A DNA stretch of 64,000 bases from Selaginella moellendorffii (Eukaryota > Plantae > Lycopodiophyta). The stretch covers positions 1,282,517 through 1,346,516 of the forward strand of contig NW_003314291.1 of NCBI RefSeq assembly GCF_000143415.4. The letters are read 5' to 3'. Below, in pieces: positions 22,546 to 36,146 of this stretch (positions within the stretch are counted from its first letter, which is position 1; each line of letters opens with the position of its first letter). A program made the position numbers and the translations under genes. Under the pieces are notes generated by a model. The model saw only the letters and a list, made by a program, of their open reading frames with translations. It ran no database searches and was not told the DNA's origin.

Positions 22546-25500
22546 TGTCGCAAATATGACTTCGGGTATTGAAAGTTATCTGTTGGCTAGTCCTTACGGA
22601 CACTCTTACCTTACTGCCACGATGGCAGAAAGTCGGTATTGCTAGACCCGTTATCAATTTCCCACTTGAGCTAGTTGAGAAACTGGTCAATGGCCGTGTA
22701 CTTAGATCGGATAAACATAACCCTATGTGTTTCTTGTTGAGCATACTCGGCCTAGTTTGAGAAACTCTTGTTATTGGCTTGCACTTGCTAGTATCAAGAA
22801 CCCCCGCGATATTGAGATTGGTCCCTCAATATCGCTAGATGATAACTTACTGTGTCTGCCAAACACCCTCACTATCATGCCCTTTGTGTTAGTCTCATTT
22901 CAGTCCCAAATGCTATTTATGGAAAGTGTCAAGATTTGCTCATTTAGCATATCTACGGAATGTAGAGATCAACCTGAACACAATGGTGTTCGTCCTGTGT
23001 CCAAATTCGCAATCTAGTGCCATTCCATATTTAGTAAGTTTCGAGCTTGTCCCAGAGACTAACTCCTGATACTAAGGGAGGCTTGAGGTGAAAGCCCAAA
23101 GCGTGTGTTCCTCAAGGGGGAAAGCCTGTGGGGGGTTCCAAATGTATAGTAGGGATAGTAGGTAAGTCGGGCATGGCTGACCAACCTGAGGCATAGTCTA
23201 GCTCCCGCTTGCGTGCCTATCCTTTTTCTACGTCCAGCTTGGGTCTAAGCCCAAGTTCTATTCCATGCTAGTTGGTGGAGTACCCATGTCCTTGCGTTAG
23301 GCCATCGGTATGCCGAAATAGCGCTAGACTCCGTTTGGCTCCGTTTTGCATGCTGGTCCTGGCATTGGGATGTTGGTTGCTCCAGGACTGTTCAAAGTCG
23401 CTCTGGGCTCCTGTCCCTTTGCTCTTTGGGCTATATGCTCGGGAGTTGCTCCGTGGTCCGGTTTCGTCACTCCTTAGCTCCATGCTTGGGAGTTTGGCAC
23501 CGTTCCTTTGTTCAGTGGCCCAAGGCCCTAAACCTTGGGTTCTGCACCACTGTCCTTTGGACACGTGGCATGTGTCACGTGGCATAAAGAGGGTTTAGAT
23601 TTTGCTTCGTAGTGTTATCCTATAATAAATCACCATAGGATAAAGGGTCAAAACCACGTGAGCTACATTTGGTATCAAATGATGAGTCTTGGCGAGTACT
23701 ATCTAATGAGATTGGGTAACTAGCCTTGTTGGATACGCAAAGATGAAGACGATGATCTGAGTGGGTACATGTTTTGGTGCAAAGGCTTTGCAATTGTTCC
23801 TTGGGTATGGATTTAGTTACCTTGTTGTACCTTATGATGTGAGGGATTGAGTTGCTCCATTTTGCACAAGTTTTCGCTTGGGCTCGTGAGTGAGGCACAT
23901 TAGCAACTCGAGGTTACGCTTTGAGTTGGCAGGATTAATGTTAGCCTATCAGTGGTTCCATGAGTTGTTCCATGTACCATGGGTGAAAAAAAAATTTCCC
24001 TGAGTTTGCTATGAGTGGCAAATAGGCTGGTCTGTAGCTGTTTAGCACGGCACTAGTGGATCCTTCCTAGGCATGATTATAAGTGGATCAATCAAGACTA
24101 TAGGGATTAGTCTATTGATTTAAGTAGTCATTGCCGTGCTCTCTCATAAACTTTTCTTGGATTAGACTGCAAGTAGTGCGAATGCAAGCTTGAGGTTTAA
24201 TCAAAGATGAGACCGAAAAGAGAGATATCGGGACAAAGGATCAAACACGTAAATCATCTTCTCTTCTTGGAGAGATGGTCTGCAACGAAGTGTTAACTCA
24301 TTGCTCGTATTCATATTATGCAATAAAGAATCCCTACCTTGATGCATCTTGGAGATGATAGTCTTACAAATGGTGAGTTGTGGGATGGATAGCGGTGAAG
24401 CGTTAAACCATTTTGTCTAAACTTGCTATTGGAAGACTTGGGTTGCAATGCTCAATTCTTTTTTGGGGAACCTTACTATTGCTCCTTGAGTAGCTTGGTG
24501 TTGGATTAGTGTTAAGTTTGGACAGATAAAGAGTAGCATGAGTTTGTCCATATTGTGAACAAAAGCTAGTGGTGTTTAGTGTTGTAAATCTCTATTGGTG
24601 GAGTGTGGCATTTATGTTGCATTTTGTCGAATTGAGTTGGCACTTGATACTCACATAAACCTTTGAAGTAATAACATTGGCATTGCTCATAGTGTTGCTT
24701 AATTGATGATCAAGTCATTGTGATACTTATATCATATCTATGTAATAATGAGTAATGTATTTATGAAGTTGCTTGGTTAAACGATTATCAACCCCAAAGT
24801 GGTTGATAGTGAAGCTTGTCTACTTGCACATAGTAACATTGTAGTAGCTTTGACTAGATTCTCAATGGTGGTCCATTATGCTAAGCTTAAGTTGGTACCT
24901 TGTTTCCTTAAGTTTGTCCATAAGGTGTTGGAAAGGGTTATAACATTCACTTGCTATGGCTTGTTAGTTGATCCGTTAGCACTTGGAGTAGATTGTTGAA
25001 TGGAGAAAGTGTGTCATTAAGGCATTGATATCACTAGCACTTGTGTTAGTGGAGATGATATTGTTATGTTAAGTGATGAGGAATTTTCCTTAGAGCTTGA
25101 TTTTTCATATCATTTTTTCTTTTTAGTGTTTTGGCTACACATTAGATCTTGAAAACGGTTGAAGAAGAGTGTTAGTGCAATATGGATTATCAAAAATGTG
25201 GTCTTCATGATCAAGCCTTGAATGTTCATTTTGCATTTTATGGATATCGGTGTTGGATGTTGGATATATAGGCAAAAAGATGTTCAATGCTTAAGCATAT
25301 TATGGGCCTCGAGAATTTGTGTTAAAGTGAACCTATGTGAAGTTGTTAGTAGGAAGAAGTTGGTTTAATCTTGAAAGTTTGTATTCCTAGACTGAGAGTC
25401 ATTTTTTCTCTAGGATGGAAATTTTTCCACAAATTTTCTTAGAATTTTCTAATAGCTGATCTATTAATTACTTTGCCCGAAAACCATTTTGTTTTCGTAA

Positions 25501-25720
25501 GCTAGTACAAACTAGTGAAGGGGTTGGAGTTGACTTCGGTTGGCTTAGATCCTAGTAGATAGTTTGTATGATGCAGCCCAAAGGGATGCTGATTTTTAGG
25601 GCTAAGGCAATTGAGTTGAATAGAGTTTGGAGTTGGTGTAGAAAAGTGGCCGCTGCACTTTTCTAAGAAGGGTGATCCTTGTGCCTTTCTTTGTAGCCTT
25701 ATGCTAGGTGGCAGGTTGCA
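22546..25720 (+). mobile_element. Family A-related LTR variant (ends CTACA at 23668), PBS TGGTATCAAA and a long non-coding or decayed internal region (LARD-like)
   Basis: 22546-23380 resembles 2885-3730; PBS follows CA; no intact ORF. Confidence 0.6.
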
Positions 25721-25724
25721 CTAT

Positions 25725-27860
25725 GCACAACTCCTTAAATATTGATTGAAACTTTGGCTTGATAAAGTGGCAATGCTCGTTTATGCTTTGAGCCCAATGG
25801 AACTCACAAGTCCTATCACAACCTTCCAATGGCTGACCATTCCCAAAAACTACTCGGACACCATTTCAGTTTGCACCAGCCCCATTTGCCATGAAACTGC
25901 GAAAGTGTGCAGGCTTACCAGTCCACTTTAGAACAATATCAGAGAGGGACTTCCAAAATATTTCCTGGGTTGTCTGGTCTTGTACTTTAAACTCTGCTAT
26001 CACAATTGTCAAGTTACAACATAGCCTGTGAAAACACAAATGTTATAACAATTTCAATATAATGAGAATAAAAATTACTTTGGATCATACACATAAGCTC
26101 CCATGGTTGTCCAACCTGATACGCGCTCCATATGGTCAAAATGAACCTATGCATTTGCAAGGTCATTGGACCCAAACATGTCCATTCGGGAGATAAAATC
26201 TACACTAGAGACAGGGCCCATGATAGGCATTTTGAAGACAAAAGGGCACTCTTGCTCATTCATAATTTGGTTTGGAAACAAACTTCCATGGATGAACTCG
26301 TATGGACAGATTCGTTTCAATTCAAGGATGGAGTCAATTTTTTATTGCAACTTCCCCTCTCAAGATTCACACATCCAAAATTTTATCATAAACAATATAA
26401 TGTATAACATATGAAATATAATGGATGTACCTCCTTAGGCTAGTAGTAAGTTGTACTCCTCGTAATAAGTCCCACAAGCTAACCTCATTTGGATTGAGTA
26501 AGGTGTTTGTAATAAAATCTTTAAGGATGGTATTCTGAATATGCTTCAGAGTTGTAGATGAGTTTCTCATAGTCTCTTCTTACACAACATTTTTGAAACG
26601 GTTGAGAGAACTCCTTTGTATCCCTTCCTGCATTGGATGCATGTGTGTGCTAATATGCATTATAACTCTTCTAGCCACTCCATCCCGTGAAAGAAAGTAA
26701 TACATCTTGGCCTTGTAGATAGCATGATATAGAGGAGCATTTTTGTAGAATCGACACTTGAATCCAACAGCAATGGAGTCACCGGCTCGGCATCCACTAA
26801 AGTGCCCATAGTGGCAACCCCAAGCTCGATATTGGGCACTTTAGGGGCCAAAGCTAGCATTGACAATTTCCTTGTGGACTAGTGTAGAGGTCTCTCTCCT
26901 TAAGAGCTCCAACTCCCAAGGACATTCTATCTTTCGTGCCTTTGGAACTCTTGCAAACATTGTTGGGTATATTCCTCCATCCCTTACACTTTTTGCAACA
27001 AATTGAGTGCAAACTAGTGCCTCAAATGGCATGCCTCTATATCGAAGATACCTATAAACAATATATCTTTAAAAAAAGTCTTAGAAATTATATTATACCT
27101 ATAAGTTGCACGTCGCATGAAATAAGGCTGACCATGTTGGCAATCATAAATTGTTGATGTAGGTGTCGAAAGACATGAATGTGTCATTTAGATTGTCACT
27201 AATATGTGGTGCCAAGAACTTCTCACCTTCACTTATAGTTTGCATGATGTAGACAGTCTTTCTCATCATGTTCTTAAATAGTTGTGGCAGTCCTTTCTCT
27301 TTGTTCATCAAGTAGATATTGAGGAAGTCTAGAGTCTTTATCTGTTGTTTATATGGAAGCTTCAATTTTGTGATATTGTAAATCATGTCATTTGGAGTTT
27401 TGTTCATTGCAAAAGTAACATATGCATAATTGAGAAAAATGAAGTGTGATAAGAAATTTATAATTATATGCAATGCATACTAGTTTCTTCAACTTTGAAG
27501 ACTTTACATGTTGAATTTTATGCTCAATTTGTACAAACTCAGCTAAAAGCTCTTCCTGACTCTTCTCTAGATATGCAAGTTCATAAGCATCTTGCTTGAC
27601 ATTCACTAAAGGCTAAAAACCAAAACAATTAAAAAAGGCCCTTATAAAATGAAAGGGAAAGACATACTTTGCACCACACAGCAAGCATAAAATTGATTGG
27701 GTTGTTGAATTAAGTTGTACCGTCATTTCGAGTGCGTGAGTGCTAAACAAGTGTTGCAAGATCATCACCATAATGTTGGCAAATGTTATCCTCACTCAAA
27801 TTTGCCAAAAATTAAAGTTTCTCGATGTTATGGACAAGGTTTTGCTTTTGAACAGTGAAC
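25725..27860 (-). pseudogene. Mutator-like (MULE) DDE transposase pseudogene
   Basis: Manual translation gives FVFKM...VHFDHMERVSGWTTMGAYVYDP, then FRSFMANGAGAN*NGVRVVFG...RTCEFHW (CxxH motif); in-frame stops present. Confidence 0.7.
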
Positions 27861-27889
27861 TGCCCAATCTTGCATTTTGTAAGCTCTTG

Positions 27890-28175
27890 AGCAAACTAGA
27901 CCAGCCAAATGTCAATCAACATATGGTGTGATTCCCTAGCCAATCAATAGAGTCGGACCCAAGACCGCTCTAATACCAAATGTAAGCTCCTGAGTTTGGA
28001 CTTCCCGGGAGGTCACCCAACCTAGTATTATTCAAACCCAAGGACACTTAAGCCCAAATATCCTAAGACCCTTAACCAATTAGAAAAGGGGGTGCACTCT
28101 TGGTCATGAGCTCTTTTTCCTCTATATTTGAACCTCATGGATCGTCTCTCGAGTCATTCTCTTTGGTTTCTTACA
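27890..28175 (-). mobile_element. Cassandra-like TRIM fragment (LTR 27981-28175 with a 5S rRNA-derived segment, PBS, part of the internal region)
   Basis: Minus-strand TTAAGTGTCCTTGGG...TACTAGGTTGGGTGACCTCCCGGGAAGTCC resembles the plant 5S A-box to C-box region; PBS TGGTATTAGAGC. Confidence 0.85.
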
Positions 28176-28179
28176 CATT

Positions 28180-29160
28180 TAAACACGACAAAACAAATTA
28201 AAGTGGAGTTGGAAGTAAAATTATAAAACTTACGCATTGATCTTTTGGTAGGCCAAGATAAGTCTGTTGACATGTAAAGGTCCCCTTGCGTAGATATCAT
28301 CGACTGAAACATTGATATGGTAGATGGGATCATTGCGAAAATGATCATCGATACACTTCATCCAAGCCCTATATTGGTGGTTATCGTCAATAATTTGGAA
28401 CATTGTCCCTGCAAGCTGTTGAGTCTCAGGATGTCTGATAAGCATGTTATCAAATTCCAAGGACTTCCTCCTCCAAATAGGATCCCAGCTATTCACAATC
28501 TCGGGTGTGATAGTAACAATCTCCGTTGTTCCTGGCTTGCAAAAAGAGACTAGAAATATATCCATATTTGTCGCAAGGCCATTCTTTTTGAACAAGCTAT
28601 ATATGTCCGGGTTGACATACTTGGATGTTGTGCAGACAAAGTTCATCTACTACAAACGGCAAAAGGGGATTTTTCTGATCAAGTCACAAGGGCCTGGCCA
28701 CTTAAGTGCCTCAAGTGTTTGGTGAACTACTTTTTCCCTTGTCTGCATAACAGTCTTTTGGAAGCACTTGTCCACCACGTTGTCAGGAAGGTCAGCTCCA
28801 AGCTATTCCTCAAGTTCCCTATCGTGAACACCACTAGATTGCCCAACTTCAAGAATTTGTGCTAGTGGTGGGCCAATGAGGAATAAAGGTGGAGGTGGTA
28901 GTGCTAATGGTGGGGGTAGGGGTGGTGGTGGTGGTGGCGGGGGCAAAGGCAATAGTGGCAGTGGTGGTGGCAATGGTGGTGGTGGCGGTGACCATGCCAG
29001 TGGTAGAGGTGGTGATGGCAAAGGTGATGGTGGTGGAGGAGGTGGATTTCTAAGTAAATGTGTCTTTGTTAATGTGTTAATGATCATGTCGATTGTGATG
29101 TTGTCATCAATGCCAAATTGAATTTTTCATGTCTTCTTGGCTTCAACAACCTTTTTATGT
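28180..29160 (-). pseudogene. Proline-rich and ParB/Srx-like ORF fragments
   Basis: FQIIDDNHQYRAW resembles the ParB/Srx IIDGxHR motif; poly-Pro tract upstream. Confidence 0.5.
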
Positions 29161-29330
29161 GGTACAATTTTCTTTTTCTGTAAGAGAAAAAATTTGGTTA
29201 GTCAAACTAAATAAAAATAATAAGAAAATCAAATAGTCAAAAAGAAAAAAAAAAATCAAGTGGGCCCAAACTCCACCTCAGGCACTTTGGTTGTTCAAGG
29301 GGCTGAGGTTATTCAAATAACCTCGGCCCT

Positions 29331-30450
29331 AACAACTTACTAAAGATAACTCAAAGAACACAAAGTATCATTGAGTAACAAGCAAGATGCTCGCGAATGT
29401 ATCACCCGAAGGAAATAACATTCTTAATCTATCAAAACTAACACGAACAATAAACGACAGAACAGAATGAATGCGGCAAGACCAACAAACACTCATTCAT
29501 ACCAACTATTACACTAGCGAATCTAAATAGATCATGATCAACAATACCAAGGAACTAGAGTTGTTCAAGCAAGTGTTAGCAACATCCTATTGATGTCTCA
29601 AACCCAAGAGACCAATCCAGAGCAAACCACAAAGAACATGTGGTATTGCGAAAAACCAAAAGCTATCAAAGAGAACACTAACCATCATGAAATATCATCA
29701 ATCATCCTATCAACAAAAATATGTATAATGAGCATTGAAGAAATAATCCACCATTCGAAGAACAGCAAATCATTCACCACCAATAACAACTAAGCAAAAT
29801 CTTTAATAAGGATAATCAACTATCCTAAATGATAGTCAATCATCACCAATGATTACTAGATGCAAAAGCCAACTTTCATATCGAAGCTAATGAGCCAAAA
29901 TGCCTTCCCCAACAACTTCTAACAAGTGGAATAATGAGCATGAAAACTCAAGAAACCAAAAGCTCAAAGAAGCATATAGCTAAGTTGTGTCTAATAATGA
30001 TCACGAATCTTGCATGAACCAACTTTAATGCTAAAGAAGAAATCATGGTACAACCCACAATATCTTCCTCAACACATCAATAAGCTAAACTTCATAATGC
30101 AAAACTAATGATGAGCATATTTGCATCAATCCAAAAGCTAAGCATAACGAAGCTATGCTCAACAAGTGATCACCAAATGATCATTTATGAATCCATCTAT
30201 AGCAAAACGTAACTCACTTCATAACAAGCACAAGAAGAATCATCAATGATTGATATATTCCAACTCAAATCCAAGAAGGATTCAAACATTCCAATATCAA
30301 TCACTAACTCTTCCATTTGTAAAGTTAGCATAGTCCATGATTAAATCACTTTTCAAGGAAAAGCTAAAGCTCAACCCCTACTAAACAATGTTTTGTTGAG
30401 ATCACAACTAACTTAAACTTGCCACTCAGTTCATTTGAATGTTGACATAG
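29331..30450. repeat. Dispersed non-coding repeat, probably a retroelement internal region; second copy at ~47700-48031
   Basis: AACAACTTAC-AAAGATAACT...CACAAAGTATCATTGA shared between 29331 and 47701. Confidence 0.65.
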
Positions 30451-31679
30451 TTGCTAACTAGCAATGCACAAATGCCAAAACTTTTCTAGATAGTTTATAT
30501 ACTAAGTTTTAGTCTCAGGAATGAGGTTTATTTATTATGACACTGACAATACTTAGATTCTTTAAATGTCAGTCTTGGAAATGGGGCTTCATAATCATAG
30601 CTTGCTTATAAATATAAGAGCTTCTAGAATTTTAGATTATCGTGTATAAACATGCTCTATCATTATGATAAAATCCTACTTTGCTACATATATTATTTTC
30701 TACACATGCTAAATGTCTAAGGAAATAGACAATAAGGAAATATAGACCCCATTATAATGGCAAAGCATGTTGGCACATTACCATTCTCTCGTGTGAGATT
30801 GCCTTTCAGTCTTAGAAATGTAGATAATGTTGCTTCTTTCATATGATATTACTTTTGAGTCTTTTAAAAGATTTCAATTTCTTTTATTATTATTCAACAA
30901 CAAGGTTGTCTTATAAACAACTCCTGAAAACTTTTAATGAGGATTCATTGCAAAAATATACCTTGGTCTTATCATATAAGAGGATTGCAATATAGGCAGG
31001 CAACAGAGCTTTTAATATGAATTAATATGTAAATTATAAATGTCATAGAAAGTTTTATAGAGTAGATTTTTTAGTGTCTTCCGCCGTGTTATTCATTTCT
31101 TCATTTCTCTTGTTTTGGACTATTGTTTTAGAAGTAATAGGAGCATTTTTATTAATCGTAATAGTGGTCTCTACATTCCCAGATGGGTAATAAGGACCAG
31201 GAGTGTAATATGGAAATTGTGGTAGTGAAACAAAATTAGTATTCTCACATTCCTTTGCACTATAACTCTTATTCACAGATCTTGTATTTTCCTTGCTTCC
31301 CATCTTCTCAAGATTCCTAAAAAATATTTTGAATGAAGGAATAGTATCTACAATTGTAAAAGTATTCAAAATATTTAAGTAGTCAAATCAAAATATGACA
31401 GCTGTAACAATAGTTATAATAAAATAATATATCTTTATAAAAGATAGGTTCTCGTGAATTTTGTCTTTTTTAAACAATTCAATCTTATAGAAACTTTTAA
31501 CTTAGATATTTACGTATTTAAATATTTTAAAGTTTGCTAGAACCTTCATTTGTTCAATTTAGATTTCATTTGTAAAACTTTTAGTTGACTATGTTAACTT
31601 GAGTTGACTTGTGTTGAATTGAGCTCAACTCATGAGCTCAACTCAAATTTGGACTATTCCCATACTTGTTAGTAGCCAA

Positions 31680-32100
31680 AAGTAAGATCTAACTTGGTGA
31701 ATCAATAACTTCTCCCCATATAATCCAAGTGAGGAAAAAGGTATACATCTGGGATTGTCACTTCATTTAATGGATGATAGTCAATGCAGAAACAAATATT
31801 CCCATTAAACTTTATTACAAAATAAAGTTCATATGCCCAAGGACTCAACAACTTTTAAATAACACCTTTTTCTAACATTTTTTTGATGTTTGCATGTAAA
31901 GTCTTGATCTCTTTAAATGATTGATGACAAATAAAAACCTTGATTGGATAAGCATCCCCAATTAGAATAAGATGACGTGTTGCAATCTTGGCCCCAGATG
32001 ACAAGTTGAATTCAAAGAGATCAGCATACTCCTTCATGAGGCGATCAACTGCTGCAACACAAAGACTGTCAGAAGGATTGGAAAAGGGAAGAGAGGAACA
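31680..32100 (-). pseudogene. Decayed Gypsy reverse transcriptase N-terminal fragment
   Basis: EYADLF...HLILIGDAYPI...IKKMLEKGVI...SPWA. Confidence 0.7.
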
Positions 32101-32229
32101 AGATGGAAATATAAAAGAAAGTAATGTAGAGGTAGAAGTAGAGGGACAAAGACGAATTGAAGTGAGAGGAATAGAAGAAATATAAAGAAATATGAAATAA
32201 AGGGGAGAAGCCTCAAAATCACACTTGGC

Positions 32230-32797
32230 TGTAAAAAACCAAAAAGAACAACTTGAGAGATAATTTATAAAGTTTAAATATAAAGGGAAAAGGCCCATGA
32301 ATAAAAGTGCATCCCATTTTCAAATTAGTTAAGTGTCTTAGGATACTTGGGGTTAAGTGTCTTTAGGTTTGAATAATACTAAGCTAGATGACCTCCTAGA
32401 AAGTCTAAATTTAGGAGCTTAGATTTCATATCAAAGGGGTTTTGGGTCCGACTCGATTGATTAGTTTAGGGGAATCATACCATATGTTGATTAACATATG
32501 GCAAGTCTAATTTGTTTTAGTTGGGCTCGACTCGAGGGGTAGAGTGTCAAGAGAATGGGCCTCTTGGGAGAGTTGTGGCTCTTAACTTCCATTCACGAGG
32601 GTATGAACTTACAAGGAAGCATGATGGATTGTAAGCAACTAAAGAGAATGATTTGAGAGACAATCCATGAGGTTTAAATATAGAAGGAAAGAGCATATGA
32701 AAAAAAGTGCATCCCCTTTTTCAATCAGTTAAAAGTCTTGGGATATTTAAAGTTAAGTGTCCTTAGGTTTGAATAGTATTGGGCTGGGTGACCTCCT
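32230..32797 (+). mobile_element. Cassandra-like TRIM (LTR 32230-32422, internal region, truncated second LTR from 32630)
   Basis: Two similar LTRs carrying the 5S-like segment; internal region matches the copies at 27890 and 35680. Confidence 0.85.
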
Positions 32798-34549
32798 CTA
32801 CAACCAATCCATACCAAGGATGAAATCAAAAACTTGACTTAACACCACCCACAATAACTGCAACTCAAACTCGAGGTCACCCACACGTACATGCATGTGT
32901 ATAGCCATTAAAATAAAGAATGAAAATTAGCTCTACTGTATGATGCAAATATAGATAGTAATGTGTGTATAGCTATTAAAATAAAGAATGAAAATTAGCT
33001 CTGCTGCATGATGCAAATATATATAGTAATGTGTGGCAATTGGCCGAACAATAGAAGATAAGCTCGAGCTTGTATCAACCAACATGGAGAGAAGAATAAA
33101 AAAACCATCCCAAGTCATAAAGTTTAATACATAGCCAAAAATGAGTATGGAAAGTAAACACTAGATAAACTAGTGCTGAGTGAACCCCTTGATTGTACTT
33201 CTAAAAGAAAGGTGGAAGGGTCATTAACTTATTTGCACAAGGTCTTTTCGCTACTCACATGACTCCTAATTTCTCAAAAACATTTTAGTGTCTAAACCTT
33301 CTATTGCAGTAGTAACAGTAGGATGTTAGTGACTCCTAATTTCTCAAAACCATCTTAGTATCTAGACCTTCTATTGTAGCAGTACCAATAGGATGTTGTT
33401 GACACTAAGGTCTCCACCTAAGATGGAGGTCACCAATTTGGAAAATGCTAATAATGCTGATAAGTGTGACTAACTTCATTATATGCCTAACAGCAAACAT
33501 CACAGCCATAACCACATTCTCGCCCTTATCTTTGAACTCGGGTAATAGCAATATCAATCTCCATTGGAATAGGACCATCTCCCACAGAAAGTGGAGTTGA
33601 AGGACGCATAGTGAGAAGTGAAAGATGCGACATCTCATAAAATTGTGCATCATCAAAGTGTTAGCAACTAAATTTTCCATTCTACTTTAGTCACTTAACC
33701 ACACCTTCAACCATTTGGAGGAGTCTCACTTACAACCTCCATAAGTCCTATTCCAGACTTGGGGCTTGCTAGCCTCGAGAATGGCATCCTTGCCATTTAA
33801 CCTTTCCACTTGGTTCAAGTGCTCCATATGTCTGATCCCATGACTGACACCCAAAAGTACCACTAACATATCAGCCCATTATGCTAAAGGTATGCTCATT
33901 CACCTTTGTCACACTAGTGGTCTAATACCATCTACCTCACAATCCTATCTATCAAAGACTAGGCCATCTGTCCATGAATGATCATCCTAGATCCACTCCT
34001 TAACATCCATAAGATGCTCGTAGATATAGGGAATAACTTTCCCCAATATCCTTTTACAGTCTCTACCAAGTCCTTTTTTGTCTATAGCCATGTTCACCAA
34101 CATTGCCATTAGATCAAGGCCCACAGGCCCGACCACTAAGTCCTTTTGTTTTCTGGGACTTCCTCACCACATGACTGCATCCTTAGTCATTATACCAAAG
34201 GATTGCTCCTCTTCCTTTCCACCATTCAGGACTCTGGGACAACATTTTGAAACACTATGGCCCTACACGAGCCTTATGAGTACTCTCCCCACCTTTTGCC
34301 TTTGGGTGCTTTAGTCATGGGGCTAAAGTGAGGTTTTGTTAAGCCACACTAAATATCCAAGTAGATAGTGCCACCTATACTTAAACTGGGAGCATTGACC
34401 ATTTGATCTCCTAAAGGAACTAGAGCCGGCTCTTGAACATTTCACTAAGCTACCCCGTTTGTTAATCTATATTCACTCTAGCTTAGTGGTTATCTCATCA
34501 TCCAACATCTAGGTACAGCCTTCTTGGGCCAAATTGGCCTTTCCTAGCC

Positions 34550-35270
34550 AAATTGAATCCATTGGGGTCCAACCCCCACACTCTCCCTACTATACTTTTG
34601 GAGCCCCCTACAGCCCGCCCCCCCCTCCCCCCCCCCCCGGGGGGACAATCACTTTATGCTTTCATCCAACAGTCTGTAATAGTATTAGGACTCAAATTCG
34701 GACTTGGACTCGGACTCGAACTCGGTCTTAGTCTCAGACTCAGTCTCGGTCTTGGTCTCGATTTCAGACTCAAACTCAATCTCAGTCTCGGTCTCAAGTC
34801 CATCTTGGACTCTATCTGGGACTCCATCTCAAGTCCATCTTGGACTCCATCTCGGACTCCATCTGGGGTCCATCTTGAACTCCATCTTGGACTCCATCTC
34901 GGACTTCATCTCAGATCCATCTTGGAGTCCATCTCGAGTCCATCTTAAACTCCATCTTGGATCCATCTCAAACTCCATCTCAAATCCATCTCGGACTCCA
35001 TCTTGGACTCCATCTCAAGTCCATCTTGGACTCCATCTTGGGTCCTTCCACATGTCATGTGTTGGTCCTTTTGTGTCCCTTTTTTAGAGACTCATTTATT
35101 GCTTGCTTCGTGCTCGTTCCTCAAGCACTTTATTAAGAGTTCCACTCCCACTTTCAACTTTTCAAATTGGAGTTTTTAGTCTATATGTGTTACCCTCATT
35201 TGGCTTCCGCCTCAGCCACTACCACGTGGCACCCTTTCGGCTCCTCTTTGGGGCCTAGGGATTTTATGTC
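34550..35270 (-). repeat. Old family C-related LTR relic with GGACTCCATCTC tandem repeats
   Basis: CCCTACTATACTTTTGGA, poly-C module and short tandem array as in family C LTRs. Confidence 0.6.
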
Positions 35271-35679
35271 TCACATAAAGGTGGTTAAAGCAAATGCATA
35301 CATAAGTCTTACAAGATTTTGATGAAATGCTAGCCATAACATTCTTAACTTGATCTGCTCTGACATATTTAGCTTCACACGAAGCAAGAGGCTTCGGAAC
35401 AAAATGCCAAATTACATCACAGACTTAAATATCCCTTGTTGAAGATGATGCAATTGTTGGAAGGCATTGTCACAATTATCGATATGTTCAAATACACGTT
35501 TGAAGACGTCTAGGAGAATGCTTTAATCCTCACGAGTGGCTGCACTCAAACCATTGTACCATTATAGTATTGTCCTTTAAAGACACGTGGAAAATTCATG
35601 CAAACACCAAGCATCATCCCAAGAATGATATATATCAATCACCATGAAGTTAACGAATCAATGGTACACATCATCCCCA

Positions 35680-36146
35680 TGTACTATTCAAACCCAAGGA
35701 TACTTAACCCAAAATATCCCAAGACCCTTAACCGATTGAAAAAAGGGGTGTATTCTTATTCATGGGCCCTTTTCATGAATAAAAATAAAAGTTGAGAGCT
35801 ACAACTTTCCCGAGAGCCCCACTCTCTTGACACTCTACCCCTCGGGTCAAGCCCAATTGAAACAAACTAGACCTACCAAATGTCAATCAATATGTGGTGT
35901 GATTCTCTTAGCCAACTAATAGAGTCAAACCCAAAACCTCTCTGATACCAAATGTAAGCTCCTAAATTTAGACTTCCCAGAAAGTCACCCAACCCAATAC
36001 TATTCAAACCCAAGGACGCTTAACCCCAAATATCCCAAAACCATTAACCGATTGGAAAAGGGCATACATTCTTATTAATAGGCCCTTTCCCTCTATATTT
36101 GAACCCAATAAATAATCTCTCAAGTCGTTTTTTTTTGTTGCTTACA
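35680..36146 (-). mobile_element. Cassandra-like TRIM (5' LTR 35953-36146, PBS, internal region, partial 3' LTR)
   Basis: CTCTGATACCA (PBS, reverse complement) next to TGTAAG...CTTACA; 5S-like segment. Confidence 0.85.

Noticed and set aside
27995-28055. 5S rRNA gene
   Set aside because: Only part of 5S is present, it is diverged and it lies inside TRIM LTRs
32890-33400. Two short two-copy tandem duplications (~66 and ~69 bp)
   Set aside because: Ordinary local duplications in decayed sequence with no further structure
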